64,000 nt of DNA, taken from Sulfolobales archaeon HS-7 (GTDB taxonomy: Archaea > Thermoproteota > Thermoprotei_A > Sulfolobales > Sulfolobaceae). The DNA lies in contig AP024596.1 in NCBI GenBank assembly GCA_019704295.1, positions 448,001 through 512,000 on the forward strand. Reading direction: 5' to 3'. The translations under genes were made by a program, and so were the position numbers. Shown here piece after piece: positions 31,071-43,287 of the stretch. Within the stretch, counting starts at the first letter, position 1. The number at the start of each line of letters is the position of its first letter. The notes beneath the pieces are model-generated. The model was not told the DNA's origin. It worked only from the letters and a program-made list of their open reading frames with translations, and ran no database searches.

Positions 31071-34000
31071 TTCTTTCCACCCCTTACAAAGATTAGTATT
31101 ACAGCTATTATAGCTATTACTAGCGCTACTATAGATAAATATTCTGATACATTAACCTTTCCGCTCAGTGAAGAAAGTGAAGTGGTAAGAGAATGTACCG
31201 CGTTAGATATTACGAAATCGTGATAGCTGTTATAAAATGTTAGATTTCCAATGTAACTCAGTCCGTCACTTACGTCCACGTGTATTACATAAGCCCCGTC
31301 GGGAGTCGACGATGAGTTAAACGGTATAGTAATCACGTATCCGCTTGACGTAGGAGTTAATTTGTACGTTACAGGAACATCATCTATAGTTACGTTAATC
31401 ACCTTAAGTTGTTGCCCTGACACCGATATATTAACCTCATTTTGAGTAGTAATGTTAGGAGTCAAGACCGTAAAGGTAGGGGCAGGTATCAACGATAACG
31501 TCTTTGTATCCACAGAAACAGCCTTCATATAAACCATCGAGGAACTTTGGTTAAACGCGTATTCTGAACTGGAAATTACGTCCTGGCTCAAATATGCATC
31601 GCTATTAACTAATGTTAATGCTACCTTTGAGCCTCCTAGAGAACTCGAAGTTATAGTAATGTTAGAATTAACGGCGTAAATTTGCACTATAGAGGACGTA
31701 CTTATAGTAACATTAGAGTTCTCTATGACGAGCTGAGTAACGGTATCTCCAGTTAATGTAGTGGAGTTCATGTCCTGAATTATCATTTCAGGAGAGTAAA
31801 TCCCAGATATCATGTTACCAGCCACAAACGGCATTGACTCATTTGTTGGAGTGATGGTAACCTTTCCTACATCGGTATAAGGTTCCACATAGAAACTAGT
31901 GTTCCCAACAATATTTGCCCCATTACTTCCGCTTCCAGCAACTATTACCTCCCACGGTCCAGACAGATACGATGGGGGAAGTCCTTCGTATATCGACTCG
32001 TTGTATATTGAAGGCAATCTATACACTCCAATCCATTCTCCGAGTGATGAATTGTATTGCAATGGTACTCCCAATTCCGCACCAAAAAACTCGGAATCGA
32101 AGGAGTAACTCTCCGGTATTATTGTAGCAGTTAGTACACCTGTCTGATTTTGTAGGCCGTTAACTTTAGCGTAAACATACACCCATTGCCCTTCATACGC
32201 TTTAGCTTTTACCAAGACGTCAACCTTCGGTGGAGCAGGACTTATGTAAAGCTGCGTAGTGTAATTTCCATACTGAGTTCCTATACTTGAGTTATAGAAA
32301 CTGTGAAATACTACCGTGTAGAACCCTGGCGTAAAGTTCTGAGGTATAGTGTAGTTAGCAATATATCCGAAAAATATACCGTAGTCTGGGAGGTTGTTAG
32401 CCTGAGACATTGGAATTGTTGCGACTAGGTTTGAGCCCTTATATAGATACACGGTCATATTTGAGGTTTGATAACCTTCGCCAGATGCATCTGTAGTGAA
32501 ACTGACAAACGTCACGTTACTTCCTGGATATGCTGAGGGAAGAGCACCGTTAACCTGCGTGAATATTGAAGAACTGTAAACCTCCATGCCGACGTATACG
32601 TACTCGTAAACGCTCAATCCACTTCCGTTTATTATCATTATGTAATTACCCTGAGGAACTCCCGGAAGTATCCCGTATTCGCCTTCATATACAATAGTAT
32701 TATCAATTTTAATTGGTATAAGTGGTACAGTAAATACTGTTTTCCCGTTTTTAACGAAATATGCAGTGAAGTTGCCCTGTAGAACTGGAGTTCCGTTAGG
32801 ATAACTCGCGGTAACAGCGACTCCGAATTGCGTGTTAGGAGGAATAGGGGCAGCGTTTGGGTACGGTACCGGAAGTAATATAGCACCAGAAAGTCCCACG
32901 TCGACGTAGGTAGCGCCAGTTCCCGTAAATCCTCCTGATGAGACGTTAACTCCAATAATCCATGAGTTTAATGGTGCGTTTTGAGGAATTGTGTAAGTAC
33001 CGATCCATTCGGTTCCGTTAAACGTAAGGGGTACCGTTGCTATTATTCCATTCATAGTGGAAATACTTGCGTCAACTGTACCGGAAACCACATTAGAGCC
33101 GTTAGGATAATACGCATTAGCTATTATTTCAAACGTGTTATTATAGAGATATTGGGGAAAGCTGTTAAATGGTGAGTAAGTCGTTACTTGAACTTGAATT
33201 GATGACAAAACCATGCTTTTAAGCACCTGAGCCAGCATGCCTGCATTGGGCGAACCAAGACCGGTTACCATATTGTATTTACCATTTGCCTGATAGACAC
33301 CGTTCGAACCCAAGTATATTCTGTGGAAAGTCTCATTATAAAGGGATGGATTCTGATATATCTTGTAGAGGTAAGGATTTAACATGCCAATTGGTTTACC
33401 GATGTAGGAAATTATGTCCGTGGTAATTCCAGCCCATAGTGGGGTAGCAACGGAGGTCCCACCAATTATTTCCTTCTGACCATCAGCCACTATTACAAAA
33501 CCCGTATACGGGTTTGCATCTGCCGCTACGTCAGGTACTTCTCTTTGTGAGGAGTGCGTGACAGGGTATTGATACCACGGAGACGGAGAGAGAGTACTCA
33601 TACCTCCTCCTGAGGAAACTGTTTCCCCAGAATATTGAGGGGAAATGGACCATGCCGTTTCATATCCATAAGTCGTAATTGCGTTACCAATCGAGACGTA
33701 CCCAGAAGTTACGTTAGCCATAAGGGTAGTACCTCCTACTCCAGTCACAAAGGGCGATGAAGCTGGGAACACCACACCGCCGTAACTAGTAGTAGTTCCC
33801 TCGTAGGCTCCCTCATCACCAGAAGCAGCGAAAAACGTGATTCCTTCAGAAGAACCTAGAGCAAAGTAGTAATTAACGTATGGGTAATTCAAGAATTCCT
33901 GACCGTCAAAGAATATGTAAAATCCAGACTCGCCAAATACATTCTCAGGGGCTCCCCAACTCATACTTACTACGTCTGCAAGGTGTTCACTCACGACTAA

Positions 34001-34876
34001 GTCTATCGCCTCATAAAGGGGATTGGCAGGAGATGAAGCGGCTATTAAGTCTATATGAGCGTAGGGAGCCATAGAGTGAATGGCCTCGACATCGAGAGCT
34101 GTTTCAACGGACCAACCAGTCAGAATCCCCTGAGTCGGGTGGTATGGACCGACGGGAATCACTGTTAAGTTAACTGGAGGTAGCCCATATAACGAATCAA
34201 ATTTCTTAAGGTCTTGATAGATTGTGGGATCACCGTAAGCATCTATGACAGCTACTGTCACTCCCTTTCCTCCATCAGTTAATAAAGGTGTAACGTTATA
34301 AGCTCCCTGTATTTCCTTTGGAGTATAATAGGTATATGAAAATTGAATACCCAGTGCCCTTATCTCGTTTAAGTTGATGGAATTCGGAACAGGTGATTGA
34401 ACCAGTTGATTTCCCTTAAGTTGTCCCAAAACTATATACTGAGGTCGTATTGTCGTGTAATTCGTTAATCCTCCTATCAGGAAACCCCGAAGTTGTGACG
34501 GTATTTCAGGATACGTATATGGTTTATAATAAATTTCCTCTGGGGTTTCGTACAGATAAAGCTTAGTACGAAATAGGGAGTTAATTTGGGAAGCAGTCCC
34601 TTCTACCATTATACTTAGGTTATCTTTACTAAGGTACACGGGTTTTAGTCCTCTGCTTTCGAGAAAGCTAAGTACTTTTCCGAACATTAATGTCTGAGAT
34701 GGCGTAAAGTAAACGGAAAAACATATTGTTGCATTGTCTTGAAGAGGACGTATTTGAATACCGGTTAGATTAGGTCCTAAATACGACGTTGCTTGACTGT
34801 TACTGATTAGGAATAGTAAGGGATTTCCAAAAATTAAAAGAGCTAACAATGTTAAGATAACTAATTTACTTTTCAT
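31067..34876 (-). CDS. Membrane-anchored S53 (sedolisin/kumamolisin) protease
   Basis: Signal peptide, prodomain, ETALDVE, SMSWG, ASGDEG, VPDVAADA, GGTSVATP, TGLGSP; C-terminal TM helix. Confidence 0.92.
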   Translation of the reverse strand: MKSKLVILTLLALLIFGNPLLFLISNSQATSYLGPNLTGIQIRPLQDNATICFSVYFTPSQTLMFGKVLSFLESRGLKPVYLSKDNLSIMVEGTASQINSLFRTKLYLYETPEEIYYKPYTYPEIPSQLRGFLIGGLTNYTTIRPQYIVLGQLKGNQLVQSPVPNSINLNEIRALGIQFSYTYYTPKEIQGAYNVTPLLTDGGKGVTVAVIDAYGDPTIYQDLKKFDSLYGLPPVNLTVIPVGPYHPTQGILTGWSVETALDVEAIHSMAPYAHIDLIAASSPANPLYEAIDLVVSEHLADVVSMSWGAPENVFGESGFYIFFDGQEFLNYPYVNYYFALGSSEGITFFAASGDEGAYEGTTTSYGGVVFPASSPFVTGVGGTTLMANVTSGYVSIGNAITTYGYETAWSISPQYSGETVSSGGGMSTLSPSPWYQYPVTHSSQREVPDVAADANPYTGFVIVADGQKEIIGGTSVATPLWAGITTDIISYIGKPIGMLNPYLYKIYQNPSLYNETFHRIYLGSNGVYQANGKYNMVTGLGSPNAGMLAQVLKSMVLSSIQVQVTTYSPFNSFPQYLYNNTFEIIANAYYPNGSNVVSGTVDASISTMNGIIATVPLTFNGTEWIGTYTIPQNAPLNSWIIGVNVSSGGFTGTGATYVDVGLSGAILLPVPYPNAAPIPPNTQFGVAVTASYPNGTPVLQGNFTAYFVKNGKTVFTVPLIPIKIDNTIVYEGEYGILPGVPQGNYIMIINGSGLSVYEYVYVGMEVYSSSIFTQVNGALPSAYPGSNVTFVSFTTDASGEGYQTSNMTVYLYKGSNLVATIPMSQANNLPDYGIFFGYIANYTIPQNFTPGFYTVVFHSFYNSSIGTQYGNYTTQLYISPAPPKVDVLVKAKAYEGQWVYVYAKVNGLQNQTGVLTATIIPESYSFDSEFFGAELGVPLQYNSSLGEWIGVYRLPSIYNESIYEGLPPSYLSGPWEVIVAGSGSNGANIVGNTSFYVEPYTDVGKVTITPTNESMPFVAGNMISGIYSPEMIIQDMNSTTLTGDTVTQLVIENSNVTISTSSIVQIYAVNSNITITSSSLGGSKVALTLVNSDAYLSQDVISSSEYAFNQSSSMVYMKAVSVDTKTLSLIPAPTFTVLTPNITTQNEVNISVSGQQLKVINVTIDDVPVTYKLTPTSSGYVITIPFNSSSTPDGAYVIHVDVSDGLSYIGNLTFYNSYHDFVISNAVHSLTTSLSSLSGKVNVSEYLSIVALVIAIIAVILIFVRGGKK

Positions 34877-34959
34877 TAGTTATAGGATAACAGAAGGCTT
34901 ATTTAAGTGTTTTACAAACTTAAAGCCTTAACTCATAAATCTTTCCTTGAAATACTTGA

Positions 34960-35264
34960 GTTAACTTACCCCTACTTAACAAAGTGGCTTCCTTCTTCAC
35001 TGCTCCACCTTGCTATCAGCAGAGGGCATCACAGGCACTAGGGGTCGCATCCACCTCGAACTTAAAGGTAGTGTCCCATATGGGACTCTATTTGGAGTGG
35101 AAGCGTACCACATCAACCCTAGCTTCGGCGTTCCAGTGACGCTTATCCCGTTGATGACAGTCATTAGATATATCAGGCTATTAACAGATATTCAAACTTA
35201 TACAGAGGGGGCTATCCATCTCCATCCCCACGGTTCTTCCTCCCCATTTGAACCCTCGATGAAG
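34960..35264 (-). mobile_element. Non-autonomous IS200/IS605-derived mini-element (SMN1-like), copy B
   Basis: Minus strand: TTTAT|left end GAGGGTTCAAATGGGGAGGAAGAACC..GGATAGCCCCCT, TATAAGTTTGAATA, then GTGCCTGTG..GCAAGGTGGAGCAGTGAAGAAGGAAGCC..GGGGTAAGTTAAC right end; homologous to 3799-4080. Confidence 0.78.
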
Positions 35265-35282
35265 ATAAAAGTCTTTATAACA

Positions 35283-35990
35283 TTAACTATGTCCAGAGAC
35301 TGCATTTACTATCTCGTCTATGTGAGCTTTATTAGAGGATTTAGGTATGGGTACTGTCCTCTTCATTATATAAGAAAGAGCTTCCTTCAAACCCACCCTT
35401 GCTGCTGCCCCCTTTTCCAACGGCTCGTAAGCTATCACTTTTATTTTGTTTTCCTCACAGAAGGGGATTATGTCCTTTTCAGGTTCCCTGTAAAAATAAT
35501 TATACTTTATCTCGTTAGCGAAAATCTCATACTTTCTTGTGCAAGACAAGGCTTCCCTTAAATGAGGTACATCGAAATTACTTACCCCTATGTGTCTAGC
35601 TATACCAGATTCCACCAAAGTTTCTAATGCTCTAATCGATTCACACAACGGAACTTGATCGTTTGGCCAATGAATAAGGTATAAGTCTAAAAAGGTTCCA
35701 ACCCTTTTAGCACTGGCTTTTCCCGACTTGATCAAATCCTCATAGTGAAGATGATTACTCCAAACCTTTGAAATAATGAAAACATCGTCCCTAACCTCTC
35801 TTTTAATTGCCTCACCAACTAGCTCCTCCGTATGTCCTCCACCGTACATCTCCGCAGTATCAATCGTTCTTATCCCCTTAGACAACCAGTACTTCATTGC
35901 CTCGATTTCCTCTTTGTCTTTCGTGTAGTCTGCCTTCCAGTAACCTCCCCCTATCCCCCAAGTTCCAAACCCTATCCTTCCAATTTCCAT
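35283..35990 (-). CDS. Aldo/keto reductase
   Basis: IGFGTW, IDTAEMY, ISKV, DLYLIHWP, IGVSNF, PIPK. Confidence 0.92.
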   Translation of the reverse strand: MEIGRIGFGTWGIGGGYWKADYTKDKEEIEAMKYWLSKGIRTIDTAEMYGGGHTEELVGEAIKREVRDDVFIISKVWSNHLHYEDLIKSGKASAKRVGTFLDLYLIHWPNDQVPLCESIRALETLVESGIARHIGVSNFDVPHLREALSCTRKYEIFANEIKYNYFYREPEKDIIPFCEENKIKVIAYEPLEKGAAARVGLKEALSYIMKRTVPIPKSSNKAHIDEIVNAVSGHS

Positions 35991-36024
35991 AACTATTTAT
36001 AAATCACGACGAAATTATGAAGTT

Positions 36025-36876
36025 ATGGAAATCGTTATTCCCATATTGACTCCGTTCAAAGGAGATAAGATCGATCAGAACGCTATGGCAGAACACGCTG
36101 GCAGGCTTACCAAGGAGGGCGCTGATATAATTTTCGTGGCTGGTTCGACAGGATTAGGTGTAGCCCTATCAACTCAAGAGAAGATGTTGGCGCTGGAGGC
36201 AGTATACAGTTCTACAAAGAAAGTGATTTTCCAAGTAGGAGGTTTGAACCTATATGATATTAAGGAACTCCTCTCCTATTCAAAGAAATTCGACATAATA
36301 GGTGTCGCAGCAATTGCTCCCTACTACTTTCAAAGGATACCGGAAGGCGATTTAGTTAGATATTATAAGGACATTTGTTCTTCCTCCCCTCATGATGTGT
36401 ACGTATACAACTATCCTCTTGCCACTGGAAAAGACATTATCCCTAAAGTTATAAGGGAAGCTGGATGTATTAAGGGGTTGAAGGATACCACGTCAGAACT
36501 TTTCCACTCACTTCAGTATAAACGAGATATTCAGGGAATAAAGGTATACACAGGGACTGATACACTTATCCTCTCTGCCTTTACCTCTGGATTAGACGGA
36601 GTCGTAGCAGGTTCAGGAAATTACGCTCTAGATATAATAGTTAAAATAAGAGAAAGTGTAAAAAGAAATGACATTAAGGAAGGATTAAAACTGCAGTTCA
36701 AGTTGTCACGGTTAATAGACCTTGCAAGGCAATACGGCCAATTTTCGGCCAACTACGAATTGGCTAAGGTGTTAAGGGGCTATGATGTGGGAGAACCTAG
36801 AGCTCCAATATATCCACTGTCTGACGAGGAAAAAAATGAGTTAAGAATAAAATCCCTAGAAATTTACAGGGATTAG
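36025..36876 (+). CDS. kdgA: 2-keto-3-deoxy-(6-phospho)gluconate aldolase (DHDPS/NAL family)
   Basis: GSTGLG, VIFQVG.LN, APYYF, YNYP.ATGKDI, Schiff-base GLKDT. Confidence 0.8.
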   Translation: MEIVIPILTPFKGDKIDQNAMAEHAGRLTKEGADIIFVAGSTGLGVALSTQEKMLALEAVYSSTKKVIFQVGGLNLYDIKELLSYSKKFDIIGVAAIAPYYFQRIPEGDLVRYYKDICSSSPHDVYVYNYPLATGKDIIPKVIREAGCIKGLKDTTSELFHSLQYKRDIQGIKVYTGTDTLILSAFTSGLDGVVAGSGNYALDIIVKIRESVKRNDIKEGLKLQFKLSRLIDLARQYGQFSANYELAKVLRGYDVGEPRAPIYPLSDEEKNELRIKSLEIYRD

Positions 36877-37000
36877 TATCGTCTAAATAGGTTGTTCATT
36901 ATATACGATAAACTCAATTTTCAGTAATGACCAGCGAAGAATAGTAGATACAGTTTTTCCCATTCTTGAATACACAAAAAAGAAGAAGGCGCAGCTGAAT

Positions 37001-37843
37001 TCAGAGATGGGGTATAAAAGGATAACTTCCTATAAGAAAACTAATTATTCCTATTAGAGCAGTTCCCTTAAGTAAAGTTGCCGATCTGCTCATTCCCTCT
37101 TTAGAAAGAGGTACCCTTATCGAGCTAATTAAATAAAAGTAGAAGGGGATTAATAGTAATAAGTAGAGGATATTATAGCTAAATAGAATAGCCGGAAGCG
37201 GTCCCAATATAGCAGTGAGAATTAGAAGAAGCGCTGAAATCTTCCATGTAGTCCTGATGCCGAACCTTACAGCTAGTGTCTTAACCCCATGCAATCTATC
37301 CCCTTCAAAGTCCTCTATTCCCTTAATTATCTCCCTCCCTAACGTAAGCATAAACGAAAAGGCAAAGGGAACCAAGGTTATCAAATAGCCCTGTTCTGCA
37401 GCTATAGAACCGTAGTAAATTGATAAGGCTGTAGTTAGCGCTACTATTAAATTTCCCCACAGGCCGCTCTTTTTTAGATGCGATGCGTATAAGTAAAGAA
37501 GAACTGATGTAATTATGGATATAAATACAGCATAAAAATTTAATATGAATGAGAGTATTATTCCTATACTAAATAGAATAAGAGCAAGAGTCCTTGCCCT
37601 TTTTGCCGATATTTTCCCGGAAGGTATGGGCCTATACGGTTTGTTCACCTTATCTATTTCGGCGTCAAAAACGTCATTTATTACGTAACCTGCACCGGCT
37701 ATCATACCAACTATAAGAGATGAAATTAGAAGATACCTAACATCTACATCCCACCGCGTAGCCACCAAGTAACCCATTATATCTCCTAACATAGCACCAA
37801 ATACGTTATGGATCCTTACGAGGCGGAGATAGTCGGATATCAA
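37001..37843 (-). CDS. UbiA-family prenyltransferase, probable DGGGP synthase
   Basis: INDVFDAEIDKVNKPYRPIPSG, GREIIKGIEDFEGD. Confidence 0.88.
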   Translation of the reverse strand: MISDYLRLVRIHNVFGAMLGDIMGYLVATRWDVDVRYLLISSLIVGMIAGAGYVINDVFDAEIDKVNKPYRPIPSGKISAKRARTLALILFSIGIILSFILNFYAVFISIITSVLLYLYASHLKKSGLWGNLIVALTTALSIYYGSIAAEQGYLITLVPFAFSFMLTLGREIIKGIEDFEGDRLHGVKTLAVRFGIRTTWKISALLLILTAILGPLPAILFSYNILYLLLLIPFYFYLISSIRVPLSKEGMSRSATLLKGTALIGIISFLIGSYPFIPHL

Positions 37844-37947
37844 GCTCTTACTCCCTCTGCGTTAAACCGTGTTGCAAAGTAAAATGTTTTTACTCTACTA
37901 CTTTATTATTTCATTGGCGGTAATTCACGTCAAAAAAGTTCGAGGAA

Positions 37948-40281
<2,334 letters not shown>

Positions 40282-40463
40282 CTCTATATTGTTATTTTCC
40301 ACCCCAATACAGAACATGTACTTCAACCATCAATACAAGCCATCTCCTTCATCTTCAAACTAAGATATTCCCTTAAGTTTCTGGGATAGCCGTCATTAAC
40401 AGTTTCAGATAAATCGTGAAATTTTATATACTATATGTATAATATTTTTAAAACTTTACTACC

Positions 40464-40656
40464 AGATGTGGATGGGTTTCCCGAAAGGCGGCAAGATATT
40501 ATAGAAGATGTACGGGTATTCCCATACTCCGCAGTGAGTTATCCAGCTAAAGGCACGGAGAGGAATGGACGGGGCAATGCCCCGAAACTTTGGCAAAAAT
40601 CCAATAGTTAAGGATTGGCTATGAATCCATGAAAATTCAACGAAGCCTAAACCCAT
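40464..40656 (+). mobile_element. Decayed IS607-type tnpB-3'-end mini-element, copy 2
   Basis: Colinear with 12979-13262; both start AGATG(G)TGGA.GGG; this copy ends ATGAAAATTCAACGAAGCCTAAACCC. Confidence 0.55.
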
Positions 40657-40709
40657 AGAATCTTAACACTCACTTAACCCCAATTTTGTAAGATAGATTA
40701 AACTTATTT

Positions 40710-40743
40710 TCATGGGTACCCATGATTTATGGGTACCCATGAA
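40710..40743. promoter_or_regulatory. Tandem palindromes, candidate operator
   Basis: ATGGGTACCCATGA twice at a 17-bp period (40712, 40729); the first is within a perfect 16-bp palindrome. Confidence 0.6.
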
Positions 40744-41884
40744 ATTCCTCTTTGGAATGCCTACTGACGAACCGTATGACAGAGAAGAAGAGATCAAAAC
40801 GCTAACCGAAATGATTAGAAGAAAACAACCTACAGTGATTGTAGGAGTTAGAAGGATCGGTAAAACATCAATAATTCTGAAAAGTGTGAAAAATATGGAA
40901 TCACCAAAGATATTTCTTTCAGCCAAGGAGTTCGTTGAAGGAAAGAGCTTTGATTTACAGTCATTCCTTTCAGCATACTCATCTCTTATTCTCAGCGAGT
41001 TCCTGAGGGTTATAGATCCCAAGATAAGAATTCCACAAACAATAAAGATCAGAGGGAGGGAATTGCTAGACACCCTCAGAGAGCTAGTAGGATATGCCAA
41101 AATAAGGTTAAATATACCACTCACTGAAGTTGAGCTATTTCTTGATAGTTTCAAGAAGGCGAGTTTTAGGGAAGGAGTGGCGGAGATTATAGAACTTCCT
41201 CAAAGATTGGCGGAAGAATTTAGCCTAAATTTTACAATTATAATTGACGAATTCCAGTACTTAAGGTTGGCTTCTCAAAATTATCCAGGTATTTTCCACC
41301 TTTTAAGATCTAAATGGCAACTTCATGACAGAGTTGCTTACGTTATCTCGGGTTCTTCCGTAGGCTTGTTGGAAAGAACCTTCTCTAAGAAGACAGAGCC
41401 ATTTTATCAGTTCTTTTATCCCATTTACGTTGAACGGTTTAGGAGTGATGTGTCTATTAGTTTTCTTGAACAAGGCTTTAGTGATGAAGGACGAGAGGTT
41501 GAGTACGATGCCATATCTCTCGCAGTAAAAGAACTTGATGGTATTCCAGCGTGGTTAAACTACTTTGGATTGAAGAGTATATCATGTAAAAGAGTTACAG
41601 TTAGCTGTGCTAAAAAGGTACTTGCTAGTTTAAACGAAGATCCGCTAATTAGGAACATCGTTCTTGATGAGTATCGAAAGTTCGGAAAAAACGCAAGGAT
41701 TATTCTTAAGTTTCTGGCAAGTGTAGGAGGGGAAGGTAAATTGAGAGGAATAGACATAAGCAGATCTGGAGTTAACGAGGGAATAAAAAGTCTGCTCAAT
41801 GATGGGTATATTGAAAGAAGAGAGAGAGGCGTTTACAAAATTGTGGATCCCGTTATATCTAAATTAATTCCTACAATCGTCTAA
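40739..41884 (+). CDS. Archaeal ATPase (ATPase_2/STAND-like) with C-terminal winged helix
   Basis: YDREEE, GVRRIGKTS, IIDEFQYL, ISGS, GIPAWL, wHTH ...L..GYIE...Y.IVDP; alternative start 40712. Confidence 0.88.
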   Translation: MKFLFGMPTDEPYDREEEIKTLTEMIRRKQPTVIVGVRRIGKTSIILKSVKNMESPKIFLSAKEFVEGKSFDLQSFLSAYSSLILSEFLRVIDPKIRIPQTIKIRGRELLDTLRELVGYAKIRLNIPLTEVELFLDSFKKASFREGVAEIIELPQRLAEEFSLNFTIIIDEFQYLRLASQNYPGIFHLLRSKWQLHDRVAYVISGSSVGLLERTFSKKTEPFYQFFYPIYVERFRSDVSISFLEQGFSDEGREVEYDAISLAVKELDGIPAWLNYFGLKSISCKRVTVSCAKKVLASLNEDPLIRNIVLDEYRKFGKNARIILKFLASVGGEGKLRGIDISRSGVNEGIKSLLNDGYIERRERGVYKIVDPVISKLIPTIV

Positions 41885-41936
41885 AGCAACTATTATGAAG
41901 AATATGATTTTTATCCTCACGATCTAAACGTTACTC

Positions 41937-42233
41937 ATGATTAATGTCGGATTCTATTATAGAGTGAAGAAGGGAAAGACAGATGAGTTTGAGAAGATCT
42001 TTACTCAGGTTACCAAAAAGCTGATGGAAGGTAATACAGGTATTATAGGTGCGCGACTTTACAAAAGTGTGGAGGAGCCTAACGAATATCTTATCTATAC
42101 TGAGTGGAATAGTGTAGACGACTTCAAGAAATTTATGATGAGTGAAGACTTTAGACAAACTACCGCGATAGGGAAGGAAATAATAGAAGGGCGTCCTACA
42201 CATAAGGTCTTTAAGGAGTTTACCGAAGCCTAA
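41937..42233 (+). CDS. Antibiotic biosynthesis monooxygenase (ABM) family protein
   Basis: VKKGK.DEFE, G.IGARLY, EYLIYTEW.S..DF. Confidence 0.85.
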   Translation: MINVGFYYRVKKGKTDEFEKIFTQVTKKLMEGNTGIIGARLYKSVEEPNEYLIYTEWNSVDDFKKFMMSEDFRQTTAIGKEIIEGRPTHKVFKEFTEA

Positions 42234-43287
42234 TAATCTTATATTCGTCTTCGTCAGACTCGATCTCATATTCTGTAAGTGAAGATGGTATTTCCTCGCA
42301 CGATTTACATTCCCTTAATTTAGGCATTTTTGTATCAGATAACACTATAACCGCCTTCCCGCTGAATTTTTTCTCTAACTTCTTAACCAAATCGTTAATA
42401 TACTGATATCCCTCGACGATGGTCCAAACCTCCAATTCCAGATATTTTGCTACCTCCAGCAACATATGATAATACTTATTCTCATTCCATCCCTCTAGAA
42501 TGTCAGTCGTCGATGTCCTTAACTCCTTTTTCACGAACCTGAATGGCAAAATAATTACGTCTGGTTCAAAGTCAAGATCCTCAGTATAACCGGACTGTCG
42601 TAAACTTGAAGTTAGAGTTGAGAAACCCCTTCGCATGTATTTTTCCGACAGAGTTCGATTGAAGTTTTTGTCCTTATCATATCCTTCATGAAACTTGGTT
42701 ATAACGTCCATATAAGCACTCACAATATCATTTTCCCTAGCTGATACGTCATCATACCCCCTCACCTCTGATGGAGCAAGAGCCCATAAAGGGCTGTTTC
42801 TATTATAAACATATCCGCCCATAATTGGGTTAGCTATGAGAATCCTCTTACCAGTTATTAGAGGTGCTAGAAAGGCACTCTTTTGCCGCAACTTAAATGG
42901 ATCTCCCTCATCTCCAGTAGGATCGACGGCTATCCCACTTATCATACCGTTTTTCCTGTCCACCATAGAGTAATAGCTAACTCTAAAAAAAGGGACAAAC
43001 GCACTGTCTTTATACATAGAGGAGAAATGCTGAATTCCCTTCTCTACAATTTCATCTAGTTTGGCAATGAAGTGATCATAGGCGTGCTCAGCGTCTCTGA
43101 ACTTCTCCTCTAGTTCGGCATATGGAATCACTGCCTGTTCTCCCGGCAAGGGAAGATAATACTTAAATCCAAACAGCTTTGGTAGGTCGGGTACGGCTGC
43201 ATCTATGACTGACTTTAGAACGGAAATCATAACTTCAGGTAGTTCGCTAATATGTACTACTTTATCCTTCTTTTTTGAGATTAGCAT
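42220..43287 (-). CDS. Hypothetical cytoplasmic protein
   Basis: 355-aa ORF with normal composition, CxxC near the C-terminus; family not recognised. Confidence 0.7.
   Translation of the reverse strand: MLISKKKDKVVHISELPEVMISVLKSVIDAAVPDLPKLFGFKYYLPLPGEQAVIPYAELEEKFRDAEHAYDHFIAKLDEIVEKGIQHFSSMYKDSAFVPFFRVSYYSMVDRKNGMISGIAVDPTGDEGDPFKLRQKSAFLAPLITGKRILIANPIMGGYVYNRNSPLWALAPSEVRGYDDVSARENDIVSAYMDVITKFHEGYDKDKNFNRTLSEKYMRRGFSTLTSSLRQSGYTEDLDFEPDVIILPFRFVKKELRTSTTDILEGWNENKYYHMLLEVAKYLELEVWTIVEGYQYINDLVKKLEKKFSGKAVIVLSDTKMPKLRECKSCEEIPSSLTEYEIESDEDEYKIIRLR

Noticed and set aside
35010-35561. 183-aa ORF
   Set aside because: Spans mini-element B and the antisense strand of the aldo/keto reductase; no protein motifs.
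40459-40656. 65-aa minus-strand ORF
   Set aside because: Antisense to the IS607-type relic.
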